Of a stretch of 64,000 nucleotides of DNA, positions 32,574-44,465 are shown piece by piece. A model generated the notes under the pieces. That model was given only the letters and a program-made list of their open reading frames with translations. It was not told the DNA's origin and made no database searches. Source of the DNA: Anthoceros angustus (taxonomy: Eukaryota; Plantae; Anthocerotophyta); contig VJWM01000003.1 in the NCBI GenBank assembly GCA_010909165.1, positions 1 to 64,000 on the forward strand, in the 5' to 3' direction. The translations under genes and the position numbers were made by a program. The number at the start of each line of letters is the position of its first letter. Positions within the stretch are counted from its first letter, which is position 1.

Positions 32574-35500
32574 GAGTGTGGATTACTGTGAAAGTTTTGG
32601 AAGGGGCCTGGCTGCTTTTGAAGGTTTTGAAAGTCAGGCGGCTTTTCAAGCTTTTGGAAGGCAGTCGGCTTTTCAAGCTTCTGGAAGGCAGGCGGCATTC
32701 GGAATGCAGGTGGCTTGTGAAGGTTTTGAAGGGCCTGGCTGCTTTTGAAGGTTTTGAAAGTCAGGCGGCTTTTCAAGCTTTTGGAAGGCAGTCGGCTTTT
32801 CAAGCTTCTGGAAGGCAGGCGGCATTCGGAATGCAGGTGGCTTGTGAAGGTTTTGGAAGGCAGGCGGCTCACGAGGCTCTGGGCCAGCTTGTTGCATCCA
32901 GTCGCAGCTTACGAGAACTTTCAGCACGTAGGGTTGGGCTAGATGCCGCGGGACCGGGTGCCCTTGCCAAAGGCTTCAACAAGGATTCTGTCCTGGAGAG
33001 TTTGGACCTAGGCAAGAACAGTGTGGGAGATGCTGAAGGGGCACAGCACCTGGCCCGCATTCTGGCCACGGCTCCCCGTATCAAGGTTTTGGTACTGGAT
33101 GGCATCGGCATGGATGTGGCGGGAGCCCAGTGTATTGCAAATGCTCTTCCGCTCTGTGCCACGCTCCGGTATCTGGCGTTGGATGATGGCGTTGCATTGC
33201 GGGTCCCATTCCCGGCGGCCTCGGGCCCATGGGCACTGTGCTCAAACTTGCTTTCACCCGCGCGGATGAGGATGAGAATGCCTCCATCTCTGGCGTCACA
33301 GCTTATTTGGATATCTCGAAGGATGGGGAGGCAGGCCTGGCAGACGCCCTGGCCGGAATGCTGCGCACCAACGATCGTATCGAGATGCTTGTCACCACTC
33401 CATATGCTCTCATCCACGGCCTGGACGGGTTACGCCACAACTCCACCATATCTGAACTTCGTCTCCTCTCAGTACGCCATCAGCTGCGACGGATGTGTGG
33501 ATGCGCCTTGTCCAGTTGCTCCCGGAATGCAAAGCACTGCGTGTCCTGGACTTGCATCTCAAGGGCCACGCCTCGTTCAAGAAAGAGTTGCTGAGATCCT
33601 TGGAGGGCAACGCATCTCTGAAAAGCTCGACATTTCTGGGACGCCCTGGATCATGACATGTTTAGAGACTTGATGAACTGTATTCAAGTCAACAAGACGT
33701 TACGGAGATCAACATCGGGGACAACATGGGAAGCGGAAGGAAAGGACGCAATCATCAATGCAGCCTTGGCAGGCAATGCCACTCAAGAGGCTTACTGGCC
33801 TTTGCTCGTGGGCAGGCAAGGGCCTGTGATGCCCAAGGCTGGGCGCCTCTTCCTGTGCGGTGCCCTTTGGCAGGAAGACCACTCTCCGCACCACCATGAT
33901 TCGCGCATGGAGACGACAGACAGCCGCATCACCGAGTTCCAGCTCAGCCAAGTTCTAGCTCGACTGAAGGGAAAATATTTCGTGCTTGGCGACGGATGGC
34001 TTCCGTCCCCGGTACCAGAACGGAAGGCATAGAAATCGAGGTGTTGCGCAACGACCATGATATGCAAGTTACCATGTGGGATCTGGCTGGACAAGCTCAC
34101 TACCGAGCTCTGCAAGACTACCTTTTCCGACCTTCAACCAAGCATGTGTCTTCCTGTTTGCGTTCAGCCCATTTGATGATCGGAAACCTCCCCAACTGCA
34201 TCCGTCTAATGTCCTGCAGGACAGGTTCAGAAGGAGCTTGGCGTACTGGCTTAGGTTCATCAACTCCAATTGTCGCAACGTGGGCTCTACTTTGCCTCAA
34301 ATATTTGTGGTGGCAACTCATGTGGATAAGATGAAGCGTTCTGATGCTGAAGCATTACCGGATCTCCTTCAACCCGTTCTGACACAGTTGGCCACAGAGT
34401 TTCAGCAGGTTGTTCACGTGCAAACACCACTCTTCTCCATGGACGCTCGATCTGCCAAGAGTGTGAAGCCCTTGCTGGACGCACTCATGGAATCGTTTCG
34501 AGCTCTATTTGCAACTAAACTGTTTTGGGTACCCGAGGTATGCAATCGATTGAGTGCTGTTTTGACTGCTTGGGTATCTCAAAATCCAGCTCAACACGTT
34601 GTGAGGAAACAGCAATTTCAAGCTTTGTTTGAAAACGAGCTACGGAATTTCCACAAAGGTGGGGTTCAAGATGAGGGGAACGATTGGGAGCCATTCTTGC
34701 CTATTTGCATGATGTGGGTAGTATCATCTGTTTTCAAGATACAGATGTTGTGGTGATAAATCCACACTGGATCAGTCACAATTTTTAGGGCGACTCATTC
34801 ACCTTCTAACCAGCATGTCTCCGTCTAGAGGTTTGTCGCATTCCTCAGATGGATTTGTTGCTCAAAGTCTGCTTCATTCCACCTTGGATGAGATTCTCAG
34901 AGGCACACAAGCGGAGGGATTGAAAGGCAACATCTGGTATCGTTGATGACCACTCTCAACTTATGCTATGAAGAGGATGGGACTCGACGTGTCGGATTCT
35001 TTGTTCCCTTCACCATGGCCGCCGGTAATGGTGACGCTCTTCCTGGGAGACGACAGTTGAACTGGGAAACTGCTGATACAGCAAGCAATTACAACTACCT
35101 CGGAAGGAGCTTACAGTGCCTTGACAGGACGAAGACGTTTCTTGATCCAGGCTTTTTTCCAAGATTCCAAGTACGATAACTACCAACATGTCTTTGTTTT
35201 GATGGTATGTGTGTCTTCAACTTGTTTACTGACATTGTGGAGGTTTGCGTATTGCAGGTCTGCCTTCGAAAGGATTTGTTTACCGGATTCCATGGCATGC
35301 AACCTCATCAATATTGTATTGAACGCAACCTCATCAACTTTTTGTGTGATGGTATGGTTGTGTTTTTGGAAAGCAGTGGGGATATCGGAGAGGACACCGG
35401 AGACATCGGTGACCATATCGATATACGGTGAGGTCATCCAAGAGCAAAGTTGGAACTATTGAGTTCCTCAAGGAACATGTGGTTGCAAAGCTGAAATCTT

Positions 35501-36772
35501 TTTGTGCTTCCCCTGAAGGCAGTCCGGGAGTCGAGCTTGTGGAAGGAATTATCAGGACAGAGTGTGTCGAAAACCTCACACTCTGTATCTACCGCCATAA
35601 CCAGTCAGTGCTAACGCAGGATTTGCTCAAGTGTGTTTTGCAGACCAACAAGACTGTACAGGGAGATTTTCTCCTCAATGGATCTGGCCGACTTCAAATG
35701 GTCGTGGCCAGAATGTCCTGAAGCCTCTTTGAGAGTGCCTTTGAGGGAGCTGATGAGCTCTTAAGTACTGGTGAAGTCTTGGATGTCTTGCAAAGGCGAC
35801 GAACAGGTCTCCGTCAAACCATATCCAGCATAGATGCAGCTGTAGAGGAAGTCCTGCCTACAGAGGAAGGGTGCTCGCACAACAAGACGCACCACTTCAA
35901 ACGTCTCGGTTTGCCATCCGACGTACTATATCCCTCCCTGGAACTAGTCACTCGGAGATGGGGGAGCAACTGTTGCAAACCTTCATGGGATGAGAGATTT
36001 GAAGCACGACGTGAAAATCGTGGATACACGGTTGAAAATGGTGGAGACAGAGGTGAAAGCAGTGGAGTCAAAGTGGATAGAGTTGGCGAGACTTTGCAAC
36101 GTGAGATAAGCGATATGAAGACCTGGCAGGAAGATACTCTACAACTCTTGCTTTCGAAGATGGATGAGATTATGAATTTCTCTGTAGAATTAGAAACCAG
36201 TCAGATACCCAGACGTCCCTACATCACCACTGCAGACGTGGGTCTGGCACAGAGATTGATTGCAGGGGTGCGTGTGGGCAAAGCGGCTAAGCTGCACTTC
36301 ATGTGCGAAAACATCTTTGGGAATCACATCGTGCTGGGCCAAACTGGATTTGACTTGACATTGGAGGATGCGAAGTGGAGGTGGATCAGGCCCTTAGCAA
36401 TCAACGGTGCAAAGCTTTTGCTCTTCCTGGCCAAGGCTGGCCTACACGTGGCTGCCGGCATTGGGGTGCGGTTCCCGACCCTGCTACCAGCTTGGATGGA
36501 GCGGTTTCTGTGGCTGCGGCCTTTGGGAATCAGCCCTGTCCCATTTAAATCTGGACCTGACAGGACCAGCTGCGAGCCAGAACACTCCCGTGCAAGAGGC
36601 ATGGATTGCTCTGAAGAATCTGTTGCAGCCGTTGCTGAGGGATCAAATGGCCGACAAATTCCAACTGCACAAGGTGCAATATCGGAAACGGCAGGATGGA
36701 GGACGAGGAGTGGCATGGGTTTGCGAACGGTGTATGCGGAGTGGAATTAAGAGACAAGTCTATCAGCCGCTC
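32574..36772 (+). pseudogene. TORNADO1-like LRR-ROC-COR (ROCO) gene, copy A, 5'-truncated and frameshifted
   Basis: RI-like LRRs (LESLDLGKNSVGDAEGAQHLARIL); P-loop RLFLCG..LAGKTTL; TEGIEI; TMWDLAGQ; VVATHVD; WVPEVCNRL; TRN1-like C-terminus LHFMCE...DKFQLHKVQY...VAWVCERC. Confidence 0.88.
32595..32870 (+). repeat. Tandem repeats (~117-bp unit twice, built of ~23-bp subunits) at the 5' end of ROCO copy A
   Basis: gggcctggctgcttttgaaggttttgaaagtcaggcggcttttcaagcttttggaaggcagtcggc...gcaggtggcttgtgaaggtttt occurs twice, derived from the gene's own gaaggttttggaaggcaggcggc motif. Confidence 0.9.
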
Positions 36773-36789
36773 TGACGGGAGCAACTAAA

Positions 36790-37130
36790 ACGTCATGTGT
36801 TGCAGCCTAACTGCGGCATTTGCAGGATTTGGAGAGGACACAGGGGACGTCGGTGATCGTGTTGATATTTTGATGAGGTCTGGTAAGGGTAATCGAGTAA
36901 GACCAAACAGTCGAGTTTCTCCTGAGAGCGTTGCAGAACTGAGAGCGCATTGTGCTTCTTCTGAAGGTGGTGCGGAAGTTGAACTTATCGAAGGGATCAT
37001 CAGGATTGAGTGTGTAGAGAACCTCACACCCAGTATCAATCAGTTCTAACACAGTTTGATGAAGTGCCTTCTTGAGAATCAGAAAAGCTTTCCAGGGTGA
37101 AACTCTGGACAGTGTCATCGGAGTGACACC
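36790..37130 (+). pseudogene. COR-region fragment of another TRN1-like paralogue; also at ~38060-38285 and ~49570-49850
   Basis: GFGEDTGDVGDRVDILMRS...HCASSEGGAEVELIEGIIRIECVENL, paralogous to 35390-35580. Confidence 0.75.
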
Positions 37131-37149
37131 TGAAAAAGAGACACTGTCA

Positions 37150-37620
37150 TCGGAGTGACACCTTCAATGCCGCGTCATAGTGACAGTCCAGAGTTTCAGT
37201 GTCCGATGACACCTGAAAAACTCCGATGACAGTGTCTCTTTCAGGCAATGCGTCAAACACCTGCTGTGCATCAACCGTGCTGCTGGACTTCCCATACATG
37301 TGAATCAAACTGCCAGCTACAAACACATGAGCTTGGAGCCGCTGTCCTACAATCTGCCTGCGTGGCTGTCTTCCCACACCCAAGGATGCCACATTTTCAC
37401 ATGCCAGCAAGAGGCACACAAAAGTCACGGAATCGGGTACAACCATGCCTTCCTGACATCTCTTCGGTTGGAGAGCCCTCAACGATGGCTTCCACCAACG
37501 CGAGGATAAATTTTGTGCCTTTCTCCCATGACTGGTTGAGAAAACGACGAGACAGTCACTCACAGAAAGCAGGGGTCGAACCTTCCCAGCTCTCTTGCTG
37601 ACGAGATTGCTTCTCTTCGA
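37150..37620 (-). pseudogene. PPR fragment plus an unassigned upstream module
   Basis: EGMVVPDSVTFVCLLLACENVASLGVGRQ...AHVFVAGSLIHMYGKSSSTVDAQQVFDALPERD (PLS-type PPR motifs). Confidence 0.85.
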
Positions 37621-37659
37621 CGTCTTAGGCCTTGACGGTTGTCCGTGCCTCGACAAGCA

Positions 37660-38048
37660 TTAATGATAAAACATAAGGTGCAAAGCTATTGCTCTTCCTG
37701 GCCAAGGCTGGACTACATGCGATTGCCGGCATTGGGGGTTTGGTTCCCGACCCTGCTACCAGCTTGGATGGACCGGTTTCTCTCGCTGCGGCCTTTGGGG
37801 AATCAGCCCTGTCCCAATTAAATCTGGACCTGACAGGACCAGCTGCGAGCCAGAACACTCCCGTGCAAGAGGCATGGATTGCTCTGAAGAATCTGTTGGA
37901 GCCGTTGCTGAGGGATCAAATGGCCGACAAATTCCAACTGCACAAGGTGCAATTTCGGAAAAGGCCTGAGGGAGGACAAGGAGTGGCATGGGTTTGCGAA
38001 CGGTGTATGTGGAGGGGAAATGAGAAAAAAGTCTATCAGCCGCTCTGA
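37660..38048 (+). pseudogene. Duplicated C-terminal fragment of a TRN1-like gene
   Basis: ORF 37689-38048 LFLAKAGLHAIAGIGG...AWIALKNLLEPLLRDQMADKFQLHKV...VAWVCERC, near-identical to 36410-36772. Confidence 0.88.
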
Positions 38049-38279
38049 CGGGAGCAACTAAAACGTCGTGTTGTTGCAGCCTAACTTCGGCATTTGCAGG
38101 ATTTGGAGAGGACACAGGGGACGTCGGTGATTGTGTTGATATTTTGATGAGGTCTGGTACGGGTAATCGAGTAAGACCAAACAATCGAGTTCCTCCTGAG
38201 AGCGTTGCAGAACTGAGAGCGCATTGTGCTTCTCCTGAAGGTGGTGCGGGAGTTGAACTTATCGAAGGGATCATCAGGA

Positions 38280-39870
38280 AACCTTCCAGGGTTTGGCAGG
38301 AAGTACAATACAGATTTCCAGAACTCAGCGTCTAGTACAGTCCTCCGCTCGGCCAACTGAGCTAAAGTCGGATGTGTGTATCAGCCTGCGGACGTGCGAG
38401 TCCTTTGCAGTTATTCAATTCGCATTCGAACATCCTGCAACATTGCAACACCGACAATGTTGCAGCAACGAGAATCCATTCATGAGAAAGAATGCAGTAA
38501 TGCCCTTACCTTGCAACCACCAGAATACGTGCAAGCCTGCTGTACTTCAGTCACGAATTCTTGCCAAACGTCTCATATCCAGGCAAAGATAGTCCCATGT
38601 GCTAGAAATCCTGAAAAAGAACGGTAGTAGAGTGTCGGTTGCTGGATCAGCAGCCTACAAAGCTCAAAGCTGAAACCAGGTTGAGGACTGTAGATGAGCG
38701 GTAGAACACTTGACTTGATGACTCTATCCATGTCCATGTCTAATCTTTCGGATGTTGACTTGCCTGACAAGCAGAGTGGAGTTGGGTGTGAGGCGGCGGA
38801 CTCAGATGACACCGAGCCTTCGTTGCACAAAAACTCTGCACCCGAAGGGCGTGGGAACTCCGAGACTCTGCACTCACAGCTCACAAGTCACTGAATGACG
38901 AAGAGGTATGATTCCCTGCTGGGGCAGAGCTGGGAGGGATCTTCCAGTCTCATCAGCATGCATGAATGGCCAGAAACGACATCGCGCCCTGCTCCCTGCA
39001 TTGTTGCCTGCTTGCAAGCTGCAGGGAATGGTGGATTCTGCATGAGATGGTGAGGCATATGCCAGTGTGGATTAGGGCGTTGCAGGTGGTTGCAGCCAGG
39101 TTGTCAAGGTTCCGATTCGGATCAGCATATGCTACCTTGGCGTGCACGTCTTGTGAGCAACTGCACCGCATCGGCTTGCTCCTTAGCTGGCTGCGACAGG
39201 CTTCTTAGGGTAAAGTATGTACAGTACATTGTCCAGGGCATAGCATCACCTAGCACCTTAATTCACTGCCTTGAGTCGAGGAGACGACTCTCCCTTTCCT
39301 GACTTGGTCCATCCCTTTGCCTGCAAGGATTTCAGGAACAGAACAGAGATGGATGGAGGAAGTCCGGCGTGAAGCCAGTCTTATCCCGTTTGGAGCGGGA
39401 CGTTTCCCACGCGTTTGCCACAGAGAGGAAGTGTTGGTTGTGTTCCGGGGCCTGGCACTCGACCCTGTCCTGAACTATTTGCATGTGGATGGGGGTGAAG
39501 GTTTTGGAAGGCCGGCGGCTTGCGTGGCCCTGGGCCAGCTTGTTGCATCCGGTCGCTGTTCAGTGGCCCTTGGGCTGCGAGGGGTTGGGCTTGATGCCGC
39601 GGGGCTGGGTGGCCTTGCGGAAGCCAAGAGCATCTCCCTTGAAACTTGAGCCGCGTGTGCTATTGTGCAGCTGAAGGGTTTTCTCACCTGGTCGACACAT
39701 CCATGGCCTCCTGTAGCCGTCCCATAAACCGCTCCTGCAAGCGGCTAACTTGGCTACCGTCTGCAAATGCAAAGAAACGAGAGGTGCTCACACGAGCCAT
39801 GAGAAGGTTGATTACTTAGCTTCACCCAACCTCAACCGCAAACTCAGCACAAAATACAATGTTCAGGCAG
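38280..39870 (+). repeat. Segmental duplicate of ~54690-56550 plus ~59770-59995, including a truncated 5' ROCO fragment (~39340-39645)
   Basis: Shared blocks: atttccagaactcagcgtctagtacag (38333 vs 54720 and 55160); cggactcagatgacaccgagcc; cttcttagggtaaagtatgtac; gctgaagg.ttttctcacctg (39670 vs 59782). Confidence 0.88.
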
Positions 39871-40650
39871 TGTGGCCGCCCTAGGAGTCGCGCCAAGGTG
39901 GCAGACCCTCGAGTATCCCAAACGGATATGGTATCTATGATCGGCAATCTAGAGGAAAGGGATCCCACTTGTTGCTCTTTCTCATGGAGTCAGATTCATA
40001 TCTCGTGTGATGCCCAAAGCGTACCTCTGGAATATGAAAAGGGAGGTGGTAAGCGGCCTGGAAAGATCCGAGGGGCATTAAAAGCCCACGGGAAAAGGGG
40101 AAAAGCTTGTGCTGAATGCCGAGAGCACGGCCTCAGTGCACATGGGGCAGCGAAACAATGCAAAGTCGGACTTCCCAGTGATGGGTGATTGTATGGTGGA
40201 AACAAGATGGGTTGGTAGCAGTCAGTCACTGTCTTGTTCCTGAACGCGTTGGGATTCCTGTTACACACACGGATGGTTTAATGGAAGTGTTATCCGAACC
40301 AAACCAGTTGTTTTCGGACCAGGACTAAGGACTAAGGACTTGGACTTGGGGCATGGACGCACTCCGGATGCGATGCGGCTGTGGGACGTTGGAAGCTGGA
40401 ATTCGGTTGGCTCGCGCCGGGACACAGTGGACAGGCCACGCCGAGTGGCTCTTTGCAGGGATTCGACCTCCGGTGTGAAAACGATGGAAGCGAAAACGAG
40501 GCGGGGCCCGCGGCGGCGGGCACTGGACTAGAGATTCTGGCAGTTGGCTGGCAGCAGGCTCTTGGCGGCAATTCCCCGAGGAGAGGGGACGGATACATGT
40601 AGGCATGGATCCACGGTGAGAGGGCGCGTCCATCGTCCTGCCCTCGAGCC

Positions 40651-41796
40651 ATGGCAGCGCTGGCCCAGTGCGCGGGCGGGCAGCAGGTGGTGCAAATGGG
40701 GCCGGGCGAGGGGGACGACAGCTACGTGAAGAACTCGTGGGTGCAGTCCCACGTCCTGGGCGTGGCGGAAGCGCCGCTGTGGCACGGGATTCGATCCGCC
40801 TCCCGCGTTCCGGAGATGGGCGATGGCGGGAAGGCCCTGCGCGTGGCCGACCTCGGCTGCGCCACGGGCGACAACACGGTGCGGGCCGTGGACAAGCTGC
40901 TGGCGAGCCTGGCGGTGCTGTGGGAGGCCAAGTCCCGACCCGAGCGCCACGCCTTCCCCGGGGCCGTCCAGGTCTTCTTCGCCGACCTCGCCTCCAACGA
41001 CTTCAACACGCTCTTCCGGAGCCTGCAGGCCCAGGCCGAGGCCGGGGCCAGGCCCAGAAGCTACTTCGCGGCGGGCGTGCCGGGCTCCTTCTTCGGCCCG
41101 CTCTTCCCCGCCGGCAGCATCCACGCCATCACCTGCTTCACGGCGCTGCACTGGCTGTCCCGGGTCCCGCCCGAGGTCCTGGACCCGCGCTCGCCCGCCT
41201 TCAACTCCGACAGGGTGCACGTCCGGGGCGCGGCCCCCGCCGTGGACCGGGCCTTCGCCGCCCAGAGCTCCAGGGACCTGGCGGCCTTCCTCGCCCACCG
41301 CGCGGCCGAGCTGGTGCCCGGGGGCTTCCTCGCGCTCGCCATGCTCGCCAAGCCCGACGAGCGGGGGCATCGCGCCGAGCTGCAGGACCTGTTTCACGAC
41401 ACGTTCCACCACCTGGCCGTGCAGGGCGTCATTCCGCCCTGCCTCATCCAGACCTTCAACATCCCCATGTACTTCCCGAGCGTCGCTCAGGTGAGGCGGG
41501 CTGTGGAGGAAGTGGGTCTCTTCGACATCCACCTCCTCCAGTCGTGCGGTGACGTCCCGAGCTACCCTGCACGCACATGCGAGGAATACCGAGCCGACCT
41601 CCGCAGGTTTGCCACCGAGAGTGCGTTCTTGTGGAAGAGCCTCTTCCGCACGTCCATGGAGGACCACTTCGGTGTGGAGCTCAGCGACCTCGTGTTCCAG
41701 CACTACGAACACCATCTGCTTCAGCGTGGTCGTGGCAGAAATGTGAACGACCTCTTCACCGTCAATTATGCCGTCGCCCTTCTCACCAGGAAGTAG
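40651..41796 (+). CDS. SABATH-family (Methyltransf_7) SAM-dependent carboxyl methyltransferase, intact and intronless, 381 aa
   Basis: MGPGEGDDSYVKNS; LRVADLGCATGDNT; VFFADLASNDFNTLF; AAGVPGSFFGPLFP..SIH...TALHWLSRVP; FNIPMYFPS. Uninterrupted ORF. Confidence 0.96.
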   Translation: MAALAQCAGGQQVVQMGPGEGDDSYVKNSWVQSHVLGVAEAPLWHGIRSASRVPEMGDGGKALRVADLGCATGDNTVRAVDKLLASLAVLWEAKSRPERHAFPGAVQVFFADLASNDFNTLFRSLQAQAEAGARPRSYFAAGVPGSFFGPLFPAGSIHAITCFTALHWLSRVPPEVLDPRSPAFNSDRVHVRGAAPAVDRAFAAQSSRDLAAFLAHRAAELVPGGFLALAMLAKPDERGHRAELQDLFHDTFHHLAVQGVIPPCLIQTFNIPMYFPSVAQVRRAVEEVGLFDIHLLQSCGDVPSYPARTCEEYRADLRRFATESAFLWKSLFRTSMEDHFGVELSDLVFQHYEHHLLQRGRGRNVNDLFTVNYAVALLTRK

Positions 41797-41949
41797 GCCA
41801 TGGCCAGCTCAAGTTTAGTTTGTTTCCTCGCAAAACCCTCGCACCCTCCGCTTCGTATGTCACGGTGGGATTTCTGGGGCACTTCGTGGCTGTGCCATGA
41901 AGAGGATCTGGGCTCAATGCTGTCTCGATAAAGATGTACTTGATGAATG

Positions 41950-42620
41950 TGAACACGTGAAAATTGGCATTGGCCTCAAGAGCTCGTGTGTACATACATG
42001 CATATTAACGATGCCTACCAAGCTCTCATTCCTGGAGCATGTCCGTCTCCATGGCACGCCGTCATGTTCATCGATCAAGCCCTCCGTCAAGCCCTGAACA
42101 AAACGCACGTATCCAGGACCCAGGACTGCCATCTATCATTCATCTGCTTGCAATTGTCCTCTACCAGCAGGCCTTTGAGTGGAGCAAGCTTGTGGTAGGC
42201 CCACATAGGTGCATAGCTCCCACAGTTGGCATCCATGTTCACAAACTGCATGCTACGTGCACATGTCTGCAGACCGCACATACATGTGACCGACTCGGGT
42301 AAAGCCATGCCTTCTGCTCCCATGGCACGGTAGAGAAGAAGAGGGGATTCCTGCCCCATCCCCTGCTGGCCAGGAATACCCAGCCCACCCCTCCTACAGA
42401 TCATGGCATCCCACATCTTTTATGACAAGTCTATCGAATCTGTGCACCCTCCAAGCTGAGGCAAGTCGCATACATGTTCACCAAAACTGTTGGCTAGCGC
42501 AAAACTGTAGTGCAAGCACGTCAGATAAATCAGATTCATGTCCCCGTTCGCATGAAGCAGCTTTCCCTTCTCCAATGCCCTGCAGCGCCCACACTTTCAC
42601 GTGCCTTCCTGACAGTACCC
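41950..42620 (-). pseudogene. Degenerate PPR gene fragment
   Basis: LVNMYA.C.SLEGA...WDAMI...QQGMGQE..LLYRAM.AEG..PESVT..C.LQTCA. Confidence 0.65.
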
Positions 42621-43064
42621 TGCAGCCTCCTGCAAGTTACCCCCGGCTTTTGATCCAGTCCAGTTCTTTGACGAAGGGCTCATGGGGGCACCAACACGAT
42701 GCCACACAGCGGCGATGCTCAAAGTTGCTGCCAGTGTGTTGCTGCTGCCGTTCAGTTCATTGGTGATATGAAATACCGGTGGTACCTATTATCTGCTTCC
42801 GTGCGATGATGCCATTAACGAGACTCTCGACAAAGCAACGGATCCTCACAAAATATTTGTGGAGCAGACAACAACCTGTGCGGGAAGACAAGGGGTTTGA
42901 GCTTCTGCCCATGGAATGGTTCCATCTTCTATACATTTGGCGATGGAAGCAAGAACGGCAGCAACAAATCGCAAGCAGACTCACTATTTTAGTCCACATG
43001 GATGGATTTTTTCTCTTTGGCCGGGTCGGTGAAGGAAGGAGGTATTTTTAGGGCACCAATTTCG

Positions 43065-43795
43065 GGCTAGCCGTAAAAATCAGGTGGCCAGGTGCGGGGC
43101 CCGCTGACTCCCTCGTGCAGAGCAGGCATGACCATGTAGTCCATACCCTCTCAATCCTCTCAATCTGCCATATGAATATGTATATACCTCTGTATGCCAC
43201 CGGCAACCCGGGTCACGCCAGACCCAACAAGGGCAACGCCAAACCCAACAAGGGCAACCCGGGTGACGCCAAACCCAACGAGGGCAACAACCAACAAGGG
43301 ACCCAACAAGGGCAACCCGGGTGACGCCAAACCCAGGGTCACGCCAGACCCAACAAGGGCAACGCCAAACCCAACAAGGGACCCAACCCGGGTGACGCCA
43401 AACCCAACGAGGGCAACAACCAACAAGGGACCCAACAAGGGCAACCCGGGTGACACCAAACCCAACAAAGGGTTATCGCTTCCAGACATAGGTATCCGAC
43501 ACGCAAAATGCAAATTAGGAGGATCGAGACCGAAACCGCTCCAATGTGGGGGGCTGATCCGACCACCAAACCACAGCACCTGCGACAATTTCGAACAAGA
43601 CAGGTATAATCATATACAAACCAAAAGACAAAAATGCCCCCGAACGACGCACCCCCGGCCGGTGGCCGGTGAATTGCTGGACCGTATAGACGATCTCTAC
43701 GTCATGGATGTTAATGGCAATGTGCGGGACATGACCATGAAGTACACCAATGTCAGCGGGCCCCGCACCTGGCCACCTGATTTCTACGGCTAAGC
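43065..43795. mobile_element. Non-autonomous TIR element (MITE, Mutator-like) with an internal tandem repeat
   Basis: About 43-bp TIRs: (gg)ctagccgtaaaaatcaggtggccaggtgcggggcccgctgac and its near-exact reverse complement at 43752-43795. A 9-bp TSD CCAATTTCG lies at 43056-43064 and 43796-43804. Confidence 0.9.
43200..43470 (+). repeat. Minisatellite inside the MITE (gcaacccgggtgacgccaaacccaacaagg-like, 21-30-bp units)
   Basis: Head-to-tail units read directly. Confidence 0.9.
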
Positions 43796-43929
43796 CCAAT
43801 TTCGACCATATTTTAGGGCTTCGCACCGCGTCTACATAAAGCCAGTCAGCCTATGGAGCTGTGTAAGGCTTAGGGTTTTGAGGGAGCCAGTGGAGCTGTA
43901 AGCTCTCTCTATGGAGGCGCCCGCGCTTG

Positions 43930-44465
43930 TATTGTGTCCCTGTGTTCACCATGGCTCTGTTGACGCATGCGAAGGTCTCCGTGATTGTACAGGATCATTT
44001 AATCTACTTTTGTAGCTGGATTTCTGTCCTTCCGTGTAATCTGAAGCTGCGGTCTGTCGCCAAAGTCTGCTATGATGACTCTAATAATCCCAGCTCGCTT
44101 CGAGGTCTTTCGAGATTTATGAAGAGAAACAGATCTGAGCAGGCCTGACTCCTGGTTTCTTTCGTGCTGTTTTATCGTATGTCCACCACATCTGCTTTGC
44201 TACGAAGGTCGGTGCGGTCTGTCGTCCAGACTCCTGTGCTTGCCTTGTGCCCCTGTGTCCACTACTGCTCTATTGACGCATGTAAAGGTTTAATCAACAT
44301 CTGTAGCAGGTTTTCTGTCCTTCCCCGTAATCTGTACCTGCTGTCTGGCACCGAAGTCTGCGATGATGACTCTAATAATCCCAGCTCGCTTCGAGGTCTT
44401 TCGAGATTTATGAAGAGAACCAGATCTGAGTAGACCTGACTTTCTTTCGTGCTGTTTTTTCGTAT
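43930..44465 (+). repeat. Two imperfect ~300-bp direct repeats
   Basis: gatgactctaataatcccagctcgcttcgaggtctttcgagatttatgaagag at ~44074 and ~44365. Confidence 0.85.

Noticed and set aside
40528-41715. 395-aa minus-strand ORF and other overlapping ORFs
   Set aside because: Shadow frames of the GC-rich SABATH gene.
43194-43793. 199-aa Pro/Thr-rich ORF resembling a mucin or extensin
   Set aside because: It is a translation of the MITE's minisatellite and runs into the TIR.
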